A DNA stretch of 64,000 nucleotides, taken from contig CM061252.1 in NCBI GenBank assembly GCA_022605425.2, positions 496,001-560,000 on the forward strand, written 5' to 3'. Positions 1 to 12,645 of the stretch are shown piece by piece. The translations under genes were made by a program, and so were the position numbers. Position 1 is the stretch's first letter. Every line of letters begins with the position of its first letter. The notes under the pieces are model-generated. The model had not been told where the DNA came from. It made no database searches and saw only the letters and a list, made by a program, of their open reading frames with translations. The stretch comes from Hamiltosporidium tvaerminnensis FI-OER-3-3. Its lineage: Eukaryota; Fungi; Microsporidia.

Positions 1-879
1 AGAAGAGGGTGTTATTTTAGAGGAGAGAGAGGTATTAATAGCATTAACAAGTATTTTATTACCAAGAGAGAAGTAAGTGGTAGTATTGGGGTTATTATTA
101 TTATTGTTGTTATTGTTGTTGTTATTGTCTTTGGTATATTTGTTGTTATCTCTTATGTTATTGTCTTTGGTATATTTGTTGTTATCTCTTATGTTATTGT
201 TGTTATTGTTGTTGTTATTGTTGTTATTGGTATTATTATTGTTGTTGGTATATTGGTTGTTATCTCTTATGTTATTATCCTTATAACTATCCTTATTACT
301 ATCCTTGTTGTTATCCTTGTTGTTATCCCTTATGTTATCCCTTATGTTATTATCCTTATAACTATCCTTATTACTATCCAACTTACTATCCAACTTACTA
401 CTATCCAACTTACTACCCTCCTTACTATTATCCACCTCTATCTTACTCCTGCTGTGGAGAAGTGTGGTTGTGTGTGGGTCGGTGGATATGTGGATAGAGT
501 GTGTATGTATAGTATGTTGTACATACTGTATAGCTAATTGTATAGCACTAGAAATATACGTAGGATGTACATCAGTAGTAAGTGGATATAAAACATCAAG
601 TATATATCCTGTAAGTACTACTATAGAAGTAGTACCATCTCCACAATTAGAATCTTGAGAAGTTGATAGGTTGGTGAGTAGTGGAAAGATTGGGTGTTTA
701 AATTTTAAAGATTTAAGTATTGTGGCACCATCGTTTGTTATGGTGGGTGGAGTGGTTGATATTAGTTTTGTGTGGGATGATGGACCTAGAGAGGTTGATA
801 GGTATGATGAGAGTGATGATGCTGCTTGTATGTTTGATGTTAGTATTTTTGATGTTCTGGATGATTGTTTTGTGTGCAT
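1..879 (-). CDS. CCT4: TCP-1/CCT cytosolic chaperonin subunit, most likely delta (CCT4); 3'-partial, runs off window start
   Basis: Manual translation from ATG at 879: MHTKQSSRTSKILTSNIQAASSLSSYLSTSLGP...ITNDGATILK...HP...SQDSNCGDGTTSIVVLTG...VHPTYIS...TSLSSKI. No stop down to base 1. TSLGP, TNDGATIL and GDGTT are group II chaperonin motifs; SNI..A and TSLSSK favour delta. Confidence 0.88.
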   Translation of the reverse strand, partial: MHTKQSSRTSKILTSNIQAASSLSSYLSTSLGPSSHTKLISTTPPTITNDGATILKSLKFKHPIFPLLTNLSTSQDSNCGDGTTSIVVLTGYILDVLYPLTTDVHPTYISSAIQLAIQYVQHTIHTHSIHISTDPHTTTLLHSRSKIEVDNSKEGSKLDSSKLDSKLDSNKDSYKDNNIRDNIRDNNKDNNKDSNKDSYKDNNIRDNNQYTNNNNNTNNNNNNNNNNNNIRDNNKYTKDNNIRDNNKYTKDNNNNNNNNNNNNPNTTTYFSLGNKILVNAINTSLSSKITPSS

Positions 880-969
880 TTTTTTTTTATTTTTAAGGGG
901 TGTGGTGTGGTGAGAAATATAAAAAAGATATTTTGAGAGGAGAAATATGGAGAAGGATATTTTTAGAAT

Positions 970-1156
970 GTAAAGGAATTATAGTAGTAAGGAATTATAG
1001 TAGTAAGGAATATAAAGGAATTATAGTAGTAAGGAATATAGTAGTAAGGAATATAAAGGAATATAGTAGTAAGGAATATAAAGGAATTATAGTAGTAAGG
1101 AATATAAAGGAATTATAGTAGTAAGGAATATAGTAGTAAGGAATATAAAGGAATTA
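970..1156. repeat. Short-unit tandem repeat (AAGGAATTATAGTAGT / AAGGAATATA mixed units)
   Basis: Directly visible reiteration upstream of the CCT gene. Confidence 0.9.
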
Positions 1157-1237
1157 AAACAAAACTTTTAATATTTTTATTTGTAACTAATGTGTAATAA
1201 TTTTAGAGAAAATAAATTGTAGTTGTAATTACTTATA

Positions 1238-1462
1238 TAAGAGTATTTGTTATAAAGAGTCGTTATAAAAGTACCTGTTAAAAAGAGTCGTTATTATAAT
1301 AGTATTTGTTATAAGAGTATTTGTTATAGTTTTTATTATAAGAGTACCGTTATATGAGTACCTATTATAAGAATACCTATTATAAGAATACCTGTTAAAA
1401 AGAGTACCTATTAAAAAGAGTACCTGTTATATGAGTACCAAACAAAAGAGTACCTGTTATAG
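1238..1462. repeat. Degenerate ~15-17 bp tandem repeat (AGAGTACCTGTTATA-like)
   Basis: More than ten imperfect copies visible. Confidence 0.85.
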
Positions 1463-2134
1463 TTTTAATACATTTAATAAAAATTCTGTTTAAATATTAA
1501 TAACGTATCTATTGTATTTGTAATGTTAATTTGAATGTAATATTATTAAAAATAAGATATAAAGATTATAAAATGTTATTTAATGTATTAATTATACTTT
1601 TAAAGTGTATTTAAATATTGTTTATAGGTAATAATATTTATTGTATAAAGACTATAGGAATTAGATATTAGGATTATAATTTAAGACTTGTTAGAGGTAG
1701 TAATATTTATTGTATAAAGACTATAGGAATTAGGATTATAATTTAAGACTCGTTAGAGGTAGTAATATATTGAATACAAGAGTAAATTACTTGATAAAAT
1801 TTATTCCGTGGATCTTATTATGTTTGAATTTATATAGTTTAGTTCTTTTATAATATGTATATATATTTTTAGAAGATGTGTTATACGTTATGAGTTTATA
1901 TTTCTTTATTTCTTATTTAGAGTCATTTCAGTTTAAAATTATATTTTTATAAAATTTCTTTTTAATTTAACTGTGTATATATTAAAGTAATTAAAGTTTT
2001 TATTGGAAATGAGGTTTGCAAGTCTTAATTTTTTTCGGGTAGAATTGATATAAAATTTTTAATTTAAGCATACGATTGCTATCCGTTTGTATATCTGTTG
2101 TTGTTTTTTTTAAAGCTGGTGTATTTTTTTCTAC

Positions 2135-2300
2135 TGATTTTTTTAAAGATAGAAATATGAATTTTATACAGATTTTTTTAAAGATAGAGTATGAATTTTA
2201 TACAGATTTTTTTAAAGATAGAAATATGAATTTTATACAGATTTTTTTAAAGATAGAAATATGAATTTTATACAGATTTTTTTAAAGATAGAGTATGAAT
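2135..2300. repeat. Minisatellite, 34/35-bp unit, about 5 copies
   Basis: Unit ACAGATTTTTTTAAAGATAGA(AA/G)TATGAATTTTAT; ATGA recurs at 2157, 2191, 2226, 2261, 2295. Confidence 0.93.
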
Positions 2301-2567
2301 ATTTACGACGATGTCATATATTTCTAACAAATTTATTTATAACAGATATGATCGTAATAAAAGATATGGTAAAAAATAGGGTTTTTATAAGCTAATAAGT
2401 CCAGGAGTTTAATACGATTACATATCTTTATGTTTATAATACATGTTCTTTTATTTCATAAAATTTGTTTTGAACTTTGAATTTCGAGAAATAAATACTT
2501 TATGGCATTTATAACAGATATGTAGTGTATATTTTTTAGAATTATTTATTTCATATATTATTGAAAC

Positions 2568-2617
2568 CAAGGAGACTCGAACTCTCCAATGGCTGTAGCG
2601 CGGCGAAGTCAGTTAGT
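2568..2617 (+). mobile_element. 50-bp insertion, probable 5'-truncated 3' end of an RTE-type LINE/SINE
   Basis: GC-rich island flanked by the exact 12-bp direct repeat TATTATTGAAAC (2556-2567, 2618-2629); contains a GGAGA..TCTCC hairpin, GGCTGTAGCGC and an AGTC/AGTT short-repeat tail. Confidence 0.65.
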
Positions 2618-3677
2618 TATTATTGAAACGGTAAATCCAAAAAATTAATAAGTTTTATTACTAAACTCATATTGTAAATTTTAATTTGTAATTCATAACC
2701 TTGTTATCATAAAGAAGTTAATTAGAAAAAAATACTTAAAAAGTATTATTATATTTAAAAAGAAATATTTTAAATATTACCTGTACATTCTTTCTTATTA
2801 ATATCTTGAGTCTTATAATTTCTAAAACGAATATTAAAACCCAAATTAAACCTTTTATTGCATATTTTTTTTGTTCAAGAATCTCTGTTTCATTTTATAA
2901 AAAATCGATTTCAAGTTTAATAAAACCTTTTAATAAATTTTAGGATCCAATCAGGTAAATTAAGATTTTCAATGCATTAAATCAAATAAGTACAATATAT
3001 AAATACTCTCATATATATACAAATATAAACATTTGTTTATATAAAATACGTCTCTAATGTTTTGTTATATTTACTTATTTTAAAAGACACACTATTTGTC
3101 CTTTCTTACGAAATATAAAAATTTTAAATTATCTAAATATGAAATTTGAAGGGTTTAGATAAAAAAAAGTTTAAAAGTAGGACTGTTTATGTCTTTTTTC
3201 TGAGATGGTCTTCAACCAAAACAAAGACTATTTGATATAAAAAACCGATTCATTCATGCTTTAATAATATTTAAATAATACAAATAATTTCTATAATTAG
3301 TAAAGTAATCTAATGTGACATTTTAAAGTCTTAAATCTTAATAGATCACTTAAAATATCAATTTAGTAAAAGAAACTTTACACTTTTTAAAACAACAAAT
3401 TTCTTATATTCTTGTAGTTCTTCTCTTTATACTATTATATTCTTTAATACCATATTATACTCCTCTTCTTATTAATTATAGCTAAGATAAAACTTTTGAT
3501 TATAAAAACTTTCTTTGTCTCAATTCCACCTTAATTTTACGCATAAATTTTTATTTCATTTTTTTTTTTTTACAATATAAGTAATTATTTTACAGATTTT
3601 TAAAAACATAAGAAACTAGAAATTAAAGGAATTAAAAATATTTTTAATAAGAAAATAAAAGGATTTACAAAATAGAA

Positions 3678-3741
3678 TTTATTTAATAAAATTCTGGGTT
3701 AAAATATTTTTTGCCATTTTTATAAATTTTCTTCTAACCTC
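3678..3741 (-). mobile_element. Extremely 5'-truncated copy (3' end only) of the REL-type non-LTR retrotransposon
   Basis: Nearly identical to ~58888-58950; flanked by the 14-bp direct repeat TTTACAAAATAGAA (3664-3677, 3742-3755). Confidence 0.85.
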
Positions 3742-4186
3742 TTTACAAAATAGAAATAATTAAAGAAATAAATTATTTAGAACCAAAGGTGAGAACCAAA
3801 AAAAATACAAAAATGAAAAAATAATTACAAATAACAAGTAAATACAAAATAGAAACCATAAAATAACAAGTAAATACAAAGTAGAAACCATAAAATAACA
3901 AAAAAACCCACAAACAACTACAAAAAAAATATCAAATATTGGAATTACAAACCATAAAATAACAAAAAAACCACAAACAACTACAAAAAAAATATCAAAT
4001 AATACAAACAACTCCAAACAATATCAATAAAAATAAAAATACAAACAACTACAACAAAAATATCAAATATTAGAATTACAAATTATAAAATAACAAAAAA
4101 ATACAAAAAAATATCAAATAATTAATTAAAAACAAAATATTTTTACAATCCTACCAAATTTTTATTTAAAAAAACAATAACTCCAT

Positions 4187-4537
4187 CTACCCAGTATCTG
4201 CCTTCCTTCTTCTTCGTCTCCCGCTATCCAACGAAGTATCAGCATCACATGCAACAATCTTAACATTTTCTGTTCTAACCAGTTCGTTATTAATAGTCAT
4301 TACAAAATTACGAGTACTAAATCGCCATACACCATCAACAAAGTTATATGACCCAACCCCTCCCTTAAAATTTACTGTACTTTGAACTGTCCTATTAAAT
4401 ACAGTCGGTATACAAGCATCAAACCTCTCTAATATTGTTTTGGCTTGTAATGGTGTTATTTGGTTTCTACTTACTTTTTCATCAATCGTATCTTGTAATG
4501 CTTTACCTATAATACTTTGTCTGTAGAATTCATACAT
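4187..4537 (-). CDS. TOA2: Transcription initiation factor IIA small (gamma) subunit
   Basis: MYEFYRQSIIGKALQDTIDE...FDA...Y.F.DGVWRF...VKIVACD matches the TFIIA-gamma pattern. The start is placed at ATG 4537, directly preceded by CCC, rather than at the TTG 4633. Confidence 0.93.
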   Translation of the reverse strand: MYEFYRQSIIGKALQDTIDEKVSRNQITPLQAKTILERFDACIPTVFNRTVQSTVNFKGGVGSYNFVDGVWRFSTRNFVMTINNELVRTENVKIVACDADTSLDSGRRRRRKADTG

Positions 4538-6199
4538 GGGATATTTAAATAGAAATTTCTTTTTTTTTACAAAGTGTTTTGTAATGAAACATTGTAACAA
4601 AATTAATGATAAGGATATAAGAAGAGGGGTCAATATTAAATATAATAAAGATATGTACAGTATTTATGACGGAAAAGATATACTGTAAGAATAGATGTAA
4701 GAGAAGGTATGTATATTAGAATATAAGAATAGAGGGATATAGATAGTAATTAAACATAAGGATTGTATAATTGATATTATATAGAAAAATTTGATTATAA
4801 GAATAGAGAGATATAGATAGTAATTAAGATAAGGATTACATGATAGATAGCAGATATAGAAAAATTAAATTTCAAGATCAGAGAGATATAGATAGTAATT
4901 AAGAGAATGATTACATGATAGATAGGATATAGAAAGAGAAATATCCCGATTACCGATTTAGAGTTATCACTCCATATTTACTAAAATAATTAATTTTTTA
5001 AAAAATGGTTTTGTACAGAATATACTTTACTAATTGATATAAATATTAAAGGTATAGTTTATAGAATTACGTTAACAATAATTTCTGTTTAATTTATACT
5101 TTTAAATAACTATATGTAAGTTAAATGAAATACATTTGTATTCTAAAGTCTAAAACTTTTTTAAAAATAAAAAAGAAAAAAAATTAAGATGAGTAAGTTA
5201 TATCACCTTAAACGTTTATAGAAATAATGAGAGTAATTTATAGACAATCTAAATAAATGTAATTTAATTAAATAAAATATACTTTTTGTTTTATATCTGT
5301 ATTACTTGAATGAATGAAAATACTGGAAAGTAAATTAAATTTTGTGTTTAAATATATTCAGATCCTTCTTAGTAACAATTATAAGTTGTTATAAGGAATT
5401 ATACTGCTAGTAATATAAATACTATAATATGCTACGATGGAAGATTTATAATGATTGTATTGTGTGTATGCATATTGTGTTAGAGAAATAATAAAGAAGT
5501 AGTATTGGCAGTTTATAAACAGGTAAGTTTAATTGTACATATTGTAATGAAAATTGTAATTTTGTATGAGATAATCAGTTTATAAATACAAATTCACTAA
5601 AAAAAATACAGAAAAAATCAGTATAAATACTAATATGGAAATATAATTCTTTTACCATACAATGATAATTAGAAAAAAGATTTGATTATAAATACAGATG
5701 AGGAAAGGATTGTTTTAAGCAATACACTGATAATTATAAGAAAATATTTGAAGTTAGAATTACTTAATGTTACAATGTTCGTTTAAAAGTGAAAGATCAT
5801 GATTATAGGGCAAAGAATGTTTGCATTTTTAACCTTTTTTTGCAACTGACGAATCATTTTCCGAGAAATGAAACAAATATAATAGATTTGTTGTAAGGAG
5901 TATATGAATTAAATTAAAATTACAGAAAAATATTCTTCGAGACGCAAAAAGTATTTTTTTTTAGGAAAATTAAAAATGGTTAAGAGAATGAATTAAATAT
6001 AAGCAATTTTTAATATGTTTAATTTGTTACATAGTAGAGATGAAAATTAAAAATTGGTCAGAATATAAAATTTATATGTATTGTACCTAAGCGATTAAAT
6101 AATTACTAAAGATTCCTGGGGCCTTACAAAGGCATGTAAATCTCTCACATTAAGTTTCTATTTCAACAGACTAGTTTACAATAGTATGACACAAGAATA

Positions 6200-9100
6200 T
6201 ATTTAATTAGAAAAACTAGATTTTTCTCTAACCAATTTTCTAGCTTATATTGTTTTTTCACACTTTATGTATTTTATTCTGCCTCTTGTACTACCCTTTT
6301 TTCTTCTTCTAAATTCGACTCTTCGCTTATGTTTATTATCAGTCCATCTAATGTAGTCACTCCTTTCGAAATAAGGCGTGGAATATTTTTTGTTTTAATT
6401 TCATATACACCATCTTCGTCATTCTCCGTTCATTTAAAGAGAGTGTTAGTTCCTTCGCATGCGGCTGTCTTAATAACACACATTGACGCACTTTTCCAGC
6501 TCTCTTCCGTATTTGGTCCTAACTCAAGTACTCTTCGTCCATCAAAAAAAATCTATTCGAATTTGTTCTTGAGTAGTATGTATTTTTTCCTCTACATTAA
6601 TAAGTATTTCCAGTATTTTGAGATATAACTTATGGTATTTCGTAACAATATGATCAAAAGCCATTACATAGAGATTATCTCACCAATACACTTTAAATAA
6701 GACCAACTCATCTACTTGCAGGTCATACTTCTAAGTTTTGCTGTTTAAACTATTTGAAGTAAATATTAGAAATTGATTCTTAATTAAATTAGTGCAATGC
6801 TGTTTTTACTCTTATATAGAATAAATATGTCAGGTATATTGTTTCGAATCTTACAATCGGTTGTATTCCGAGGTTCAATCTTATCTCTAGATGCTGTTTT
6901 TATGTGCTTCTTGAACTAAGTTACTTCTAATTCGTTTTCAAGGGTTGAGATAAAATTTATTTAGAAGAGGGAGTATAGAAGTGTAATCTATTCCTAAGGC
7001 GTCTAAAAACGACAGGAATTTCATTTTATTCCATCATCTCCGTAAAAGAGCTACCGTGTTCCTAGAAAAATTGCAGTGTTAGCACTACCTTCGGCACTCC
7101 ACATAAATTTCTATCCTAGATATAGTAGATAACTATTTTATCCAATATCCCAATATTCCTTTTCTTAAGCCATATTTAATGTTCACTAACACTGAAGAAC
7201 ACGGTTTTTCTTCAATTATATAATGCCATATAGGGTTTGCGTTATTCTATTTGTTATATAATTTTGGTAAGTTAAGCTTTCTCTAACATTTCTTTGGAAT
7301 TCTTCTTCCAGCTCAGTTTTACTTTTAAAAAGCCTTTTATTAATTTAAGGCTTGTTGAACTAGTATTTTTCTCTTTAGAGTAGCTAATCGTCTAGTAGAT
7401 ATTTCTTTACTTGTTTCAAGACAATCCATAAGTTTTAGAAGCATATTTTTGGATTTCAATTCAATCACTGTAAACCTCTTCCAAGTTCTGTTCTAAAAAA
7501 GCAAAACCACTCTTTACATGCTGGGTGAAGATGTATGTTATTCTTTACCAACCCGCGCACACTGAATCATCTAGCTTACAGAAGTCAGCCGGTTCAAGTC
7601 GATGTATTTCTATACAATGTATATCAAAGATATTGCCTGTTGCTTAAGTGCTGAAATTTATTTCCTGCGTTTAATATAGTGCGATAAAGTCTTTGTGCTC
7701 TTATTATGAGTTTGCTTTGTATTTCTTCAGACGAGCTACGTGTCGGAATACTTCTGATATGTTCTATTATCCTCGAATATTTATAAACACCAACACCTTC
7801 TAAAAGCGTATCATTCCCTTTGCCACGCGTATATTTTATGACCGACTTTTCTTTGTTTCTTTCTAAGCCAGTTATTCCTAAAAATTCATTCGCCTGACTT
7901 GTCCTGATTCCTATTGTTAGTGGTTTGTTGCAAGCAGCTTAACATCATCAATGAACAAGAGATAATTGGTATTGTAAGTGCCTGACTTACATGTATTGTC
8001 ACTTTTGTTATTTATCATCGAGTTTGTGGCTCAGCGTTTCCATAGACAACACAAACAACAATAATAAAAAACGCTTCTTGTAAATTCTTCTTTCAATCTT
8101 ATAGCTCATGATTTTTTCTTGCGATTTTGATTATCAATACTTTATTTTTAATTATTACACTATTAATGTTAGAATCTAATCAGGTAAATTAAGGTCTTTA
8201 TGCATTTCAAATGAGCTTGATCTTGAATAATTTAATTTTATAAAATAAATCTACGTCGACTTCAGACTTTTTCATACTCTTATTTATGTGAAAATTGAGT
8301 AATGACTGCCTTTTTGCTCCTTGCATACTTCATACGGCCTCTAAACAGTTCTTTGAAAGCAAACCTGCCTTTCTACTTCAAGTTGAACGAATCTCGTCGC
8401 ACAATTTTTTGTTAATCTATAGAGGTTGGACATACAAGTAAAAGGCCCGAGCCAAAACCATTTACAGTATTCTTTTCGGAATCAAATAATTAGGCCGGTA
8501 ATAGAACTAATTAGCGTAAAATGTACACTCTAAACATATAACCTTCATTATATCAAAAAAATATTTGTGAAGGGTTGTTAGTTTTTTGATCAATAAATTG
8601 CAAATACTATCGATTCTAGCAGCTTTTCAATTGGCAAGCCAATTAATCATATTTACAAATTCATCAAGTTAGAAAACACGATCTGATGATCATCTAATAC
8701 AAAGAGAATCAAATAATGATCATACCTGACGTATATTTATTTTTGTTCCACATTGTAGGCCAAAAACTCACAATTTCATCACGAATAAAAAAAGCTCGAA
8801 TTCAATTCGCACAGATAACCCTCAATAAAATGGTATTCAGAACAGCTCAAACATACGATCCTCTCTCCTGAATTGCTTCCTACTTTCATACATCGTAATT
8901 TTTTTCACGTAACTCACAAATACTCATTCCTCTTGACTAAAGCCTCGCGACGATCATTTACACCGCTAAAGTATAAGTTAAAATATCGAATGATATTACT
9001 GAACCATTTGTTACTAATGTGGAAAACTTTTCTTTGCTAAGAGTCTTCACGAGAAGTTCTTTGAAAGTAGTAAGATATAAATTTTACCTCCTATGTTTTT

Positions 9101-9800
9101 GTTCTAAGCGGATCTAGGCTTTTTTATATGCGTTTCCCGTCATAGCATACTCGTGCTGCGTCCTTAATGATTTAATTACATGAGACCCTACATATTCTCT
9201 GGCTACTCGATTAATGAGGTCTAGAAATTTATTGTTACCGATTCAGTTAAATTCTTTCTACTTCAGACCACCACTTTCTGAATTACCTATTTCCTAGATT
9301 TCTTTGATTTAAAGTAAAATTTATCTTTCAGGTTTGTATACAAAGTGTTATCGTCAAGAGGCATGTATTATTGAGTAAGAAGCGAATACATGTCGTTATT
9401 CATTCTCTTCACAGTTTACGTCTCTTCCCGCCTCATTTTTACCAAGTTTTTTTTAGGAAATTCAGTTAAGCATCGGTCGAATTTCTACTTATCTTATATA
9501 AAGCACCCTTCAGTAATTTTGTCGCATGCTTTCAAACCTTATTCCAAAAATGAAATTCATGTGAATTCTTATGAACCGGCTACTACTTAATCTAGTATTG
9601 TCCGCAGTGCCATAAACCGGTTACATTCGGAAATGGTACAGAACAAGGATTTGTGATGCCGCAATATAAATTACACGCAAATACTTTAATCGGAATTGAA
9701 AGTGACGTACTGGGTGAGTGTTTGATGCCAAGCCCCTATTTTCCGTGTTATGTCATCCTTGGCTTCATCGTGTATGTGCTATTTTTGTGCAAAAATAGAA
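6200..9800 (-). mobile_element. Degenerate near-full-length non-LTR retrotransposon (RT plus C-terminal restriction-like endonuclease)
   Basis: Minus-strand remnants: PFTCMS (~8430), NYLLFIDDVKLLA (7970-7929), DCKIRNNIPDIFI (~6860-6822) and a C-terminal region homologous to 58930-59769. Many stops and frameshifts; ends approximate. Confidence 0.85.
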
Positions 9801-11515
9801 AGGTAGACAATTTTCTAGTAAGGTTTTCTTACTGTTTTGCGCTATTTTAATATCATTTTTTTACCATTTATGCGTCGTAGTAAATCTATATTTTATTATA
9901 TTCTTGTTTTTCGCTACCAAAGTTTTTCTTTATAATCCAAGTGAAGTAAAATAATATACTTATAATAAATTAATATAAGTTTGATATAGATTTCTTCTGT
10001 TGGCTTCCACAAGATGTTTACTAACAGATAAACTTATGATGATTTACTTAAAATTTTATTGAGTCTTTAGAAATATTAATAATTCGACGGATAAATTCAT
10101 AAGACATTTTGGAAGTTCTACAAGCGGGTATAAATCAGAAAACATAGTTTATAAAAGAATTTTAACGTCTGCATTCTATTCTTATGTATTATTTTGGTCA
10201 AATATTTGTTTGCATTGCTATTTTATTATACAAATTTTACCAAAATTTTACATTAATCATATAGATTGTAAGATTATAACGCGATTATTACTTTGAAAAC
10301 CCGCGATATATACTTCTTTCCGGTTTTTAAGCTCGTTTTAACCCTGAATTATGTAAAACCATACCTTCGAGCTTGCTTTATAGCTCGTTTATTAATATCT
10401 GAAATCAAGGCGGTCACAAGTCAGAATCAGAAAAAAAAATTTAAACACTCCAAACTTGGCTAACATATGTTTAAGAAGCGCCAGGTAATTCCTCATCGCT
10501 TTTTGATAACCTGAAAATATTTTTATATAAAAAGTTGTAAAGTTGGAACTTTAGAAAATCTTGTTTCAAGCTATTCTAAAATTAATATACTTTGATTGTC
10601 ACTAAAATTTTATGATAAATTAAGTTAAAATGTAAAGTATAGCATTTTAAGTTTATAGTGCAGTTTCAAAGCAAATAATTAATTATAGGACGTGGTTGTT
10701 TGAGTTTCCAATGGTCAGGATTGTTCTTTGGCCACAGAAACAATCTAAATCAATAATTTTTATGGAATTTGTCAAAGTCAATACGTACCGATTAGTTTAA
10801 ACACAAACAAGCTCGAGGCAAGCAATAAAACTTAAATTTCCAATAATATGGTTCTGAAGCGGGTTAGACGATAAAAAAATTTTGTAATAGCTTTCAAAAA
10901 TGCTAAAAATCAAAATTTTTGAATTCTTGCTTTATAAAATCTAACTGTTAGTTAAATTTAAATAAAAATCTGTATTAAGTAAATATATTGACTAAGTTTC
11001 GCGCTATACGAAAAGAAAAACAGCACTTCTTTCGTTATGATGCCAATATTCATGATAAACCACACAAATGAAAAGTTCTTCATACCGCTGATATTATATT
11101 AACAAAAATATTTTTAAATAGGGGAATCTAATGAACTCATTGCCGCAAATCATTGCCATCAAGCTACATGATACAAATAATATTATAAGATACAATATAT
11201 TACAATAAGGTATATTAAGATAGAATAGAATACGACTGGCAAATAAATATTTTTACTCACTTTATAAACCTAGTGGTTGTTTATTTAGATCAATATTTTT
11301 TTTATCGTTTAAGATACCTTAAATATCTAATTATCTTAAATATTTATCAAACGTAATATCTAATTCCGTAAAGAAACACCCAATAATATTGAATTTATCC
11401 ACATTTTTTTTACTTTAATTAACAATAATTTATTATCTTTAATATTACGTTTCACAGCAAAGTCCAATGTATAAAAAATTAGATAAAACATTGTTTCAAG
11501 TTTATTCTTATAATT

Positions 11516-12148
11516 ATGTTCAAAAATATGTATAAAGACAACGATATGACACTCAGTCTTGTAGAATTATTCTGTGTTCGCAAAGTATTTGACTGTACGA
11601 CCCTACAAAGATTTAAAAAAGATATTTTATTACCGAATTTGTATTTAACTAGAGTAAAACATGTAAAAAAAGAAGATTTATTAAATGAAGCCCGCGAATC
11701 TTTATATGGTATAAGATTAGAAGAAGCGTATATTTATGTGTGTATATATGAAAGACTATCTACATGTACATTAGCAAGGTTAAAGAGTATATTATACTTA
11801 TCTAGAATTATGGTAGCCTATGATTATAATCATTATAGCACAGTGTTTCGCGTATTATATCCTGATTTACATGAAAATATGTTCAAAGATTGCAAATTAC
11901 TATTTAGAATCCAAGAACTTGTAAAAAATTGCAACGGAGATACTTCTAGGTTGGAAATTATAGATATTTTACATGTTGTTACAGAAGAAGTACAGCTGAA
12001 TTGTATACTTGCTGAAGACGAACTTGCGTATTATTCTTTATTACATGATATACTTGAAGAGAAAACTGTGAACATGCCCAATATATTTGATTATATAGAT
12101 CCTGTAGAATATTATAGTTTGTATTTAAATGTGACAAGATTTAATTAA
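11516..12148 (+). CDS. Hypothetical protein (210 aa)
   Basis: ATG-initiated 633-nt ORF, unlikely by chance at this AT content; no recognisable motif. Confidence 0.7.
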   Translation: MFKNMYKDNDMTLSLVELFCVRKVFDCTTLQRFKKDILLPNLYLTRVKHVKKEDLLNEARESLYGIRLEEAYIYVCIYERLSTCTLARLKSILYLSRIMVAYDYNHYSTVFRVLYPDLHENMFKDCKLLFRIQELVKNCNGDTSRLEIIDILHVVTEEVQLNCILAEDELAYYSLLHDILEEKTVNMPNIFDYIDPVEYYSLYLNVTRFN

Positions 12149-12645
12149 TATGTATGACTATCAATATTTTACTTCACTATCTCACTTAATATTAATATAC
12201 TAGTTATTAGAATAATTATGAGAGATTATTAAATATTTTTTTATAGTTTATAAATTATATAATTAATTAAATTAAATGTTTGAATCAAATGTATTATAAG
12301 TAACAGAATTGTTAATAGTTCGTGGCAAAGATTAAAACCATATCAACTTAAAAGACATATATCCCCTACCAATAAATATATCTAATAATCTATCTTAAGT
12401 TAAAAATATGGATTATTAGATAACTTTGTGGACAGTCTAAGTTGTACACACTGCTTCAATACCTATGATATTAACCTACCTTTATTAATACTCTCTATTA
12501 TAACACCCTTCTACCACATCCTTTGACACAATCACCCTTCTAACCCCACTCATATAATTATCACCCCAACCAACATCTATACTCTCTATAACCACCAAGG
12601 CTTTATTTATTACCCTTTTTACATTTGTCCTTTAAATATCAAGAA

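Noticed and set aside
77-913. Plus-strand Leu/Ile/Val-rich ORFs
   Set aside because: Antisense shadows of the minus-strand CCT gene and its Asn-rich insert.
4538-4633. N-terminal hydrophobic extension on TFIIA gamma
   Set aside because: Comes from an upstream TTG; homology and the CCC motif place the start at ATG 4537.
6233-9818. CAATTTTCTAG 11-bp direct repeat as TSD of the 6.2-9.8 kb LINE
   Set aside because: The left copy appears to lie inside the element's 3' UTR, whose tail is near 6200; likely chance in AT-rich DNA.
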